64,000 nucleotides of DNA, taken from the NCBI GenBank assembly GCA_964019335.1, contig OZ025746.1:297811-361810 (forward strand). The letters run 5' to 3'. The position numbers were made by a program, and so were the translations under genes. Under the pieces are notes generated by a model. It was given only the letters and a program-made list of their open reading frames with translations. It did not search any database and had not been told where the DNA came from. Positions 44,630-53,200 of the stretch are shown in pieces. Within the stretch, counting starts at the first letter, position 1. Each line of letters opens with the position of its first letter. This stretch comes from Diplonema japonicum. Its lineage: Eukaryota; Protista; Euglenozoa: Diplonemea.

Positions 44630-47600
44630 ATGGGACACAGCAAGGAAGGGGTGAGATGGGAGCACCTGGGGGTGTGGGCCTGGGTTGCCCTGGTCTCCCT
44701 CTTGCTGATCCCAGGGGTGAGGCAGGTGCTGGGGGCGGGCATCGGGATGGCCCCCTCCTTCCTGCATGCGGCAGTGTTGTGGAAGAGGCCGGGGAGCAAC
44801 AGGAGGACCACCCACAGGTCAAGGGTACAGGTGGGGCCCCGAGGGGATGAATGGTCCGCCGGGGAGCTCGCTTGGCTAGCAGTAGGGGGCACTCTGGTGG
44901 GAAGCACTTCAGTTTGGATAGGGGGGCTGATGTCGCTCTGGGCCATGTCGGAAGTGATGGTGTGGAAAGCTGGTGCTGACCCGACCCAGAGATTCGGACC
45001 GGTAAAGCTGAGGAAGACAAGACGCGGATCGAGAGGTCACTACCTGCCGGTGTACTTGGGCCCGCCTAGAAGCTCAAGACGCAGAAAAAAGAAGGAAGAC
45101 GCCAAGCAAGCAGCGAAGGAACGAGCCGAGACGGAGGATAAGCTCTTTCAGGCCGAACACCTGGACCCCTTTGCGGACTTGATGCTGGCAGGGGACGTGT
45201 TGCAAGGAGGTGGTGACCCTCCCCCCATGGATTTGGATGATGAGCACATGGAGGCACAGAAGGAGGGGGAAAAAGAAGGATCAGACAAACATCAATGCCG
45301 GATGGAAGACTGCTCTTTCCGCACCAGTGTGGCAAGCTGTCTAGTTAAACACCTCAATGCGGTCCACCATCATTTTGTGAAACAAGAGCAGGCAAGGAGC
45401 ATGAAGGTGAACCTCTGTGGAACGTGTGCTGCGGCGTGCTCGTCGAACCAGACGCACTGTGCACTACACAGGCAGCGGAATCTGTGGAACCCCGACAAAC
45501 AACCCAGGGCCGGCAAGTCAGTGGACGAGATCATGAAGAGCTTCAAGCTGACGAGGAGATCGACGGAGAAGGATGGGAACTGCATGTTCCATGCCCTGGC
45601 CGGTTCGCTCGGGGAAGCCTACGGCGACCACACCCACATCAGGAGCGAGGTTGTAGAATGGATGAAACACCGGGAGGAGCACTATGCCCCGTTTTGCAGT
45701 GAGGGTTGGGACCGGTACTTGGAAGGGATGGGCACAGCAGCGACGTGGGGAGACCACTTGTGCCTGGCAGCCGCAGCACAAGCGTTTGGCCGCACGATAC
45801 TCGTGGTTGCTGGGGGGAACAACCCAGTCCTGATGATAGGGGAGTACAACTCCGACCACGAGAAGGTGGTGGTGCTGGCGTACAACGGCAACCACTACGA
45901 GTATGCAGTCGGAGAGGAGGAGTCGATGATGATGCTCCTTGATGAGTCCCAATCGGTAGCTCTACAAAAGGCAGGTAAGCAACCCTCCGAGGCCCTGGGT
46001 GAGGACATCGGGGAGTGGGACATAATAGACCGTGCGATCCCTGGATACGGGAAGGCAGGGGTGTTGGACCAGATGGGGGCAAGGAACCAGCAATTCCTGT
46101 ACTGTCCGGTGGCGAACTGCGCTAGGTCGAAGTGCAAAAGCACGACCCCGTTCAACTCGACAAGGGTATGGAAGTGTCACCTGGATGGGCACCTGGAGAG
46201 TGATGAGATCCCGGAGAGCGTTCTGAGGAGACTGGACCTCGAGAGGTGCCTGGTGTGCAGGGGCTGTGTGTGGAAGGGTCAGGGGTGCCACGACGAGTGC
46301 AAAAAGGCGGTGCGAAGGGAAGGGGAATACACGACCCCCCCGCCGGCCCCGACGAGGACCGAGTTACCCAGCCTGGAAACCATAGCCGCCATGAACGTCA
46401 CGACCATGGGGTCGATCCCGACGAGCCTTCAAAGACTGTGGGGGCTTACCCTTAAGCACACTCTGGGCCGAGCGGTGAAGGACAACACAGAGGAGGCTTG
46501 GCTGCTGGTGGCGATGCTCCCCAAAGCCTGCCTGTGGAAGAAGAGGGGAGGGAAGAAGCGGGACAAGGAGACGGAGCTGAGTGTCCAGGCCAGATTGGAG
46601 GAGTGGGAGAAGGGAAATTACATGGCCCTCTGGAATAAGCTGGAATCAGGTGAGAAGGGGGAACCTAAGAACGACGAGGTCTCTAAGGTCGCCAGGGCCA
46701 CGGAACTGTGCAGCAAAGGGAGGTTCTCGGCAGGAAACGCGGCGCTTGTAGCCCAGGGGCTGGCGGAAGACAATGAGGATTGCTGGAGAGCGCTGCAGAG
46801 CAAACATCCAGAGCCACTACACCCCCAATGGGACAACCCGGCGAAGACGAAGGAAGCGGTAGAAGTCTTGCCAGAAGAAGTGCTGGACGCAATCAGGGAC
46901 TTCCCGAGGGGGACTGCTGCGGGACCGACTGGTCTGAGAGCCCAGCACATCAAGGACGCGGTGGACGGAGCTTTTGAGTCTCAAGGCTGTTTGATGTCGG
47001 TGACGAGGGCAGTCAACGCATTAGCTAGAGGCACGGCCCCTAGGGAGGTGGCTCCGCTGATGGCAGGGGCGAACCTTGTGGCCCTCAAGAAGAACGACAG
47101 GGACGTGCGGCCCATAGCCGTTGGGGATGTGCTGCGTCGGCTGGTGGGGAAATCCCTTGTGAAGAAGATCGCTCCGGAAGTGGCCTCTTCGTACCTGAAG
47201 AAAGGCGGCCAGGTGGGGGTATCGGTCCCTGCTGGAATGGAGGCGGCTATACACACCATCAGGCAGTATGTGGACAGGGAACGGGGCAACAAGCAGGAAA
47301 ACAAGGTGATCCTCAAGATCGACTACGCCAACGCCTTCAACAGTGTTTGTCGGAGGCAGCTGTGCTCACAGGCCTATGAGCAAGCGTCGGGGCTGTATGC
47401 GTGGGCCGATTGGTGCTACAGGGTGCCCTCCCAATTATACTACAACGGAAAGGTGATTAAGTCCCAGGAAGGGGTGCAACAGGGGGACCCGATGGGACCG
47501 CTGCTGTTCTCTCTGGCCATCCAACCCCTGGTGAACAAGATAAGTGAAGACTGCAACCTGGACATCCTCCAGTTCTACCTGGACGATGGCGTCCTTGTGG

Positions 47601-49624
47601 GGAATGTGGATGAAGTGAGAAAGGCGTACAACATCTTGTGTGAGCTGAGCGGAATGATAGGGCTGAAAGTGAAACCCCAGAAGTGCGAGCTCATATGGGT
47701 TAGTGGCGACCTCCCCCAGACAGTGGAGGACACAGGCTTCGATGGCCTGACAGAAGAGAATTTCCACAAAGAGAGGAACTTCATGCTCCTGGGGGCGCCG
47801 ATAGGATCGCCGGAGTACACGCAAGCCTTTCTGAACAAACGCTTGGACGCGCTGGAAGAGAACTTCGACATGCTGACCAAGGTGGGGAGGCAGACAGGGT
47901 ACACACTTCTCCGGTATTGCAGCTCATACAGCAAACTGGTGTTTTACATGAGAGTGGTCCCAGACTCGCATGTGGGAGGGGTCATGCACAGGTTCGACGA
48001 GATGGTGCGGAAGACGATGTCGAAGGTGTGCGGCATGCAGTTCGAGAACGGGTCGAAAGAATGGCAGCAGGCGAAACTGTCCGTAAAAGTCGGTGGGCTT
48101 GGGATGAGGAGCTGCCAGGAGCACCTGCGCGCGGCCAACATGGCTTCGAGGGCGTCGACGATGAAGCTGTGCAAGGAGCTGGATCCCAAATACGAACATG
48201 GGCTGGAAGGGGGTGTATGGGGGAGCTGGCTCGAGTGGTTCAACAGGACGAAGGGCGGCATGCAGATTACACCCGACATGGTGGCCAAGGCCCCCCACAT
48301 CTGCAGCCAGAGGTGGCTCTCTAGGGTGCTTGATGAGAAGGCGCTGGAGGACCTCTTGGCGAAAGCAGATGCACGCTCGAGAGCGAGGTTGATGTCGGAG
48401 TCAATGCACTATGCGGGGGCGTGGTTGACGGCGACGCCTGACTTCTACAACCAGCTGTCGGACAACGAGTTTGGGGCTCTGATCAAGTGGTGGTTGGGGG
48501 CTCCGGTCTACAAGCAGGGTGAGAGCTGCCACGACCCGAGGTGCAAGACTGAGGGGATGGACGTATGGGGTGACCATGCCCAGGGATGCGGCAACGCCAG
48601 GATTGCGAGGCACGACCGGGTGAAGGAGACCATCCACAGACACTGTCAGTGGGCCGGGGTGAGCGCAACGATGGAGAAGACGGGGCTGATCCCGGGGTCG
48701 TCCCAGCGCCCGGCGGACGTGTTCTTCCCAGGTGGGGTGGGGGGTTCCCGCCCAATGGCTATGGACGTGGTCATCGTGCACCCGAGGAACGAGTCTTGTG
48801 TCAACCAGGCGGCGAAGACTGCGGGGTACACAGCGGCGAAGGCGGAACACTACAAGCGCCAGAAGTATGAGGCGGAGCTCGCCAAGACACGCGTGGCCTT
48901 TGTACCTTTCGCGATGGAGACCTTTGGGGGGTTCGGGGAGGCAGCAGTCTACCTCACGAAGAAACTGTCCAGGAGCATAGCTGCGCGGGCTCACGGGGAC
49001 AGAGTCTCGATACACAGGCGTGTGGTCCAAGAGGTGTCAACGGCCATGATGAGATCGATAGCAGGGGCGCTGTTAGTCAAAGGGCCTGTACAGTTGGATC
49101 CAGGGCCCCCGGTACCGGACGGCGAAGAGGAAAAAAAGGACAACGAGGAAGCGAACAACGAACCCAACACTGAATCCAACACTGACCTCACAGAGGACTC
49201 CTTCGGCAATGAAAAAACCACAGAGGTGGTTGCCACGGACCTCCCCACCCTGGAAGAGCTGAAGTGGAGCAAGAAGGACAAGAAGCGGGCCCGGGCCCGA
49301 TCGGCCAGTACTGACTCGGATTGTGTGGAGGGTGGCTACATCTATCTGAAGGGTACGGGGGCGGATGGCACCGTGGTCGAAGCCAACATATGCAGGGGTG
49401 AGCTCAAGGGGATGACCAGGCCCCAGTTCAAGTTCTTGGCAGAGCACAGGTTGATGGAAGAGCTGGGGAGCGACGACCTGGTGTGGGACACGGTCAAGGT
49501 GCGCAACAAGGAGAACTGGGCCCCGGTGAACAGTGCGGTGGCTTGGCTGCAGCTCGAGTCGGGGAGGGCACGGGTGGGGCCCATACCCCACAAGAAGAGG
49601 TCCAAAGGCTCGCTGGCCAGATAG
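44630..49624 (+). CDS. Retrotransposon polyprotein (~1,664 aa): hydrophobic leader, C2H2 fingers, OTU protease, RT, CCHC plus restriction-like endonuclease, C-terminal extension
   Basis: OTU: DGNCMFHAL...WGDH...HYE. RT: RPIAVG, KIDYANAFNS, GVQQGDPMGP, FYLDDG. RLE: C...RC...DHAQGC, RHD, RPAD, DVVIV, KRQKY, PFAMETFG. First ATG at 44630. Confidence 0.93.
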   Translation: MGHSKEGVRWEHLGVWAWVALVSLLLIPGVRQVLGAGIGMAPSFLHAAVLWKRPGSNRRTTHRSRVQVGPRGDEWSAGELAWLAVGGTLVGSTSVWIGGLMSLWAMSEVMVWKAGADPTQRFGPVKLRKTRRGSRGHYLPVYLGPPRSSRRRKKKEDAKQAAKERAETEDKLFQAEHLDPFADLMLAGDVLQGGGDPPPMDLDDEHMEAQKEGEKEGSDKHQCRMEDCSFRTSVASCLVKHLNAVHHHFVKQEQARSMKVNLCGTCAAACSSNQTHCALHRQRNLWNPDKQPRAGKSVDEIMKSFKLTRRSTEKDGNCMFHALAGSLGEAYGDHTHIRSEVVEWMKHREEHYAPFCSEGWDRYLEGMGTAATWGDHLCLAAAAQAFGRTILVVAGGNNPVLMIGEYNSDHEKVVVLAYNGNHYEYAVGEEESMMMLLDESQSVALQKAGKQPSEALGEDIGEWDIIDRAIPGYGKAGVLDQMGARNQQFLYCPVANCARSKCKSTTPFNSTRVWKCHLDGHLESDEIPESVLRRLDLERCLVCRGCVWKGQGCHDECKKAVRREGEYTTPPPAPTRTELPSLETIAAMNVTTMGSIPTSLQRLWGLTLKHTLGRAVKDNTEEAWLLVAMLPKACLWKKRGGKKRDKETELSVQARLEEWEKGNYMALWNKLESGEKGEPKNDEVSKVARATELCSKGRFSAGNAALVAQGLAEDNEDCWRALQSKHPEPLHPQWDNPAKTKEAVEVLPEEVLDAIRDFPRGTAAGPTGLRAQHIKDAVDGAFESQGCLMSVTRAVNALARGTAPREVAPLMAGANLVALKKNDRDVRPIAVGDVLRRLVGKSLVKKIAPEVASSYLKKGGQVGVSVPAGMEAAIHTIRQYVDRERGNKQENKVILKIDYANAFNSVCRRQLCSQAYEQASGLYAWADWCYRVPSQLYYNGKVIKSQEGVQQGDPMGPLLFSLAIQPLVNKISEDCNLDILQFYLDDGVLVGNVDEVRKAYNILCELSGMIGLKVKPQKCELIWVSGDLPQTVEDTGFDGLTEENFHKERNFMLLGAPIGSPEYTQAFLNKRLDALEENFDMLTKVGRQTGYTLLRYCSSYSKLVFYMRVVPDSHVGGVMHRFDEMVRKTMSKVCGMQFENGSKEWQQAKLSVKVGGLGMRSCQEHLRAANMASRASTMKLCKELDPKYEHGLEGGVWGSWLEWFNRTKGGMQITPDMVAKAPHICSQRWLSRVLDEKALEDLLAKADARSRARLMSESMHYAGAWLTATPDFYNQLSDNEFGALIKWWLGAPVYKQGESCHDPRCKTEGMDVWGDHAQGCGNARIARHDRVKETIHRHCQWAGVSATMEKTGLIPGSSQRPADVFFPGGVGGSRPMAMDVVIVHPRNESCVNQAAKTAGYTAAKAEHYKRQKYEAELAKTRVAFVPFAMETFGGFGEAAVYLTKKLSRSIAARAHGDRVSIHRRVVQEVSTAMMRSIAGALLVKGPVQLDPGPPVPDGEEEKKDNEEANNEPNTESNTDLTEDSFGNEKTTEVVATDLPTLEELKWSKKDKKRARARSASTDSDCVEGGYIYLKGTGADGTVVEANICRGELKGMTRPQFKFLAEHRLMEELGSDDLVWDTVKVRNKENWAPVNSAVAWLQLESGRARVGPIPHKKRSKGSLAR

Positions 49625-50293
49625 GCCAGCGGGGGTGTGGGGGGCTGTTCTCCCCCCCCCCGCCATAGGAAGATGTGAAACTTTTTTTTTTTTTTCTGAG
49701 AAAAAAAAAAAAGGGAAAAATAAAAGAATAGGGAACAGGTGCTACAACGGCCAGGCTAGATAGAACCACTTAGATTTTTTTTTTTTTCTTTTTGTTTTTC
49801 CTTTTTTTTTTTTTTTTTTTTATTTTTCTGTTTTTCTTTTTCTTTTTCTTTTTGAAGTGGAACCATCTCGGTCGACGTTTTTTTTTTTTTTTCTTTTTTC
49901 TTTTGTGGTGATGTGTTTTTCCTGTTTTTGATTTTCTTCTTCCCCCGCTCTATGCTTTTTCGCATGGACATTGGCCACTCTGCCCCTTTCCCCTTTTTTG
50001 ATTCTCCCTCTTTCCCCCTCCTAAATTTTACCCCCTGCCCCACTCATTCCTCCCTAGTATGTTTTTGAATTTGCCTCTTCTTCTTTTAAGCCTTTTTTGA
50101 GATTTTTATTTTTGAATTTTTATCATTTGGAGTTGCTTCTTCTTCTTCCCCTCTCCCTCCCATAAAGAAAAAGAGAAACCCATGCCTTCCTCCCAGGTTG
50201 GAACTTGATTGTCTGTTTTGGAATATTTTTATTTTCTCTTAAGGTTTATCATGCCTTGTGTGTCTTTTGAAGGAAAAAAAAAAAAAAAAAAAA

Positions 50294-53200
50294 CATTCTC
50301 AAGTCCCCCTTTTTATTTATTTTCTCAAGTCCCCCTTTTTATTTATTTTCTCAAGTCCCCCTTTTTATTTATTTTCTCAAGTCCCCCTTTTTATTTATTT
50401 TCTCAAGTCCCCCTTTTTATTTATTTTCTCAAGTCCCCCTTTTTATTTATTTTCTCAAGTCCCCCTTTTTATTTATTTTCTCAAGTCCCCCTTTTTATTT
50501 ATTTTCTCAAGTCCCCCTTTTTATTTATTTTCTCAAGTCCCCCTTTTTATTTATTTTCTCAAGTCCCCCTTTTTATTTATTTATTTACCCCTGGCACCCA
50601 GAATCCCAGCACCTGGGGCTGCAACCGGCACAAGGAGGCACCGCAGACGGATGGGACACAGCAAGGAAGGGGTGAGATGGGAGCACCTGGGGGTGTGGGC
50701 CTGGGTTGCCCTGGTCTCCCTCTTGCTGATCCCAGGGGTGAGGCAGGTGCTGGGGGCGGGCATCGGGATGGCCCCCTCCTTCCTGCATGCGGCAGTGTTG
50801 TGGAAGAGGCCGGGGAGCAACAGGAGGACCACCCACAGGTCAAGGGTACAGGTGGGGCCCCGAGGGGATGAATGGTCCGCCGGGGAGCTCGCTTGGCTAG
50901 CAGTAGGGGGCACTCTGGTGGGAAGCACTTCAGTTTGGATAGGGGGGCTGATGTCGCTCTGGGCCATGTCGGAAGTGATGGTGTGGAAAGCTGGTGCTGA
51001 CCCGACCCAGAGATTCGGACCGGTAAAGCTGAGGAAGACAAGACGCGGATCGAGAGGTCACTACCTGCCGGTGTACTTGGGCCCGCCTAGAAGCTCAAGA
51101 CGCAGAAAAAAGAAGGAAGACGCCAAGCAAGCAGCGAAGGAACGAGCCGAGACGGAGGATAAGCTCTTTCAGGCCGAACACCTGGACCCCTTTGCGGACT
51201 TGATGCTGGCAGGGGACGTGTTGCAAGGAGGTGGTGACCCTCCCCCCATGGATTTGGATGATGAGCACATGGAGGCACAGAAGGAGGGGGAAAAAGAAGG
51301 ATCAGACAAACATCAATGCCGGATGGAAGACTGCTCTTTCCGCACCAGTGTGGCAAGCTGTCTAGTTAAACACCTCAATGCGGTCCACCATCATTTTGTG
51401 AAACAAGAGCAGGCAAGGAGCATGAAGGTGAACCTCTGTGGAACGTGTGCTGCGGCGTGCTCGTCGAACCAGACGCACTGTGCACTACACAGGCAGCGGA
51501 ATCTGTGGAACCCCGACAAACAACCCAGGGCCGGCAAGTCAGTGGACGAGATCATGAAGAGCTTCAAGCTGACGAGGAGATCGACGGAGAAGGATGGGAA
51601 CTGCATGTTCCACGCCCTGGCCGGTTCGCTCGGGGAAGCCTACGGCGACCACACCCACATCAGGAGCGAGGTTGTAGAATGGATGAAACACCGGGAGGAG
51701 CACTATGCCCCGTTTTGCAGTGAGGGTTGGGACCGGTACTTGGAAGGGATGGGCACAGCAGCGACGTGGGGAGACCACTTGTGCCTGGCAGCCGCAGCAC
51801 AAGCGTTTGGCCGCACGATACTCGTGGTTGCTGGGGGGAACAACCCAGTCCTGATGATAGGGGAGTACAACTCCGACCACGAGAAGGTGGTGGTGCTGGC
51901 GTACAACGGCAACCACTACGAGTATGCAGTCGGAGAGGAGGAGTCGATGATGATGCTCCTTGATGAGTCCCAATCGGTAGCTCTACAAAAGGCAGGTAAG
52001 CAACCCTCCGAGGCCCTGGGTGAGGACATCGGGGAGTGGGACATAATAGACCGTGCGATCCCTGGATACGGGAAGGCAGGGGTGTTGGACCAGATGGGGG
52101 CAAGGAACCAGCAATTCCTGTACTGTCCGGTGGCGAACTGCGCTAGGTCGAAGTGCAAAAGCACGACCCCGTTCAACTCGACAAGGGTATGGAAGTGTCA
52201 CCTGGATGGGCACCTGGAGAGTGATGAGATCCCGGAGAGCGTTCTGAGGAGACTGGACCTCGAGAGGTGCCTGGTGTGCAGGGGCTGTGTGTGGAAGGGT
52301 CAGGGGTGCCACGACGAGTGCAAAAAGGCGGTGCGAAGGGAAGGGGAATACACGACCCCCCCGCCGGCCCCGACGAGGACCGAGTTACCCAGCCTGGAAA
52401 CCATAGCCGCCATGAACGTCACGACCATGGGGTCGATCCCGACGAGCCTTCAAAGACTGTGGGGGCTTACCCTTAAGCACACTCTGGGCCGAGCGGTGAA
52501 GGACAACACAGAGGAGGCTTGGCTGCTGGTGGCGATGCTCCCCAAAGCCTGCCTGTGGAAGAAGAGGGGAGGGAAGAAGCGGGACAAGGAGACGGAGCTG
52601 AGTGTCCAGGCCAGATTGGAGGAGTGGGAGAAGGGAAATTACATGGCCCTCTGGAATAAGCTGGAATCAGGTGAGAAGGGGGAACCTAAGAACGACGAGG
52701 TCTCTAAGGTCGCCAGGGCCACGGAACTGTGCAGCAAAGGGAGGTTCTCGGCAGGAAACGCGGCGCTTGTAGCCCAGGGGCTGGCGGAAGACAATGAGGA
52801 TTGCTGGAGAGCGCTGCAGAGCAAACATCCAGAGCCACTACACCCCCAATGGGACAACCCGGCGAAGACGAAGGAAGCGGTAGAAGTCTTGCCAGAAGAA
52901 GTGCTGGACGCAATCAGGGACTTCCCGAGGGGGACTGCTGCGGGACCGACTGGTCTGAGAGCCCAGCACATCAAGGACGCGGTGGACGGAGCTTTTGAGT
53001 CTCAAGGCTGTTTGATGTCGGTGACGAGGGCAGTCAACGCATTAGCTAGAGGCACGGCCCCTAGGGAGGTGGCTCCGCTGATGGCAGGGGCGAACCTTGT
53101 GGCCCTCAAGAAGAACGACAGGGACGTGCGGCCCATAGCCGTTGGGGATGTGCTGCGTCGGCTGGTGGGGAAATCCCTTGTGAAGAAGATCGCTCCGGAA

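Larger units (their letters stand above)
44273..50293 (+). mobile_element. CRE-clade non-LTR retrotransposon, array unit 1 (6,021 bp, including the 26-bp repeat block)
   Basis: Repeat block, single ORF, T-rich 3' UTR and A20 tail. The unit recurs with an exact 6,021-bp offset. Confidence 0.92.

Noticed and set aside
49070-49110. 2A-like StopGo peptide (LLVKGPVQLDPGP; also LMLAGDVLQGG at ~45180)
   Set aside because: The spacing mimics GDVExNPGP, but the essential D, E and N (or the NPGP) are missing, so ribosome skipping is not supported.
49790-50293. Spliced-leader RNA gene or telomeric repeat in the inter-ORF spacer
   Set aside because: No euglenozoan SL exon-like sequence and no (TTAGGG)n tract recognised by eye on either strand. 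A covariance-model search is needed to exclude them fully.
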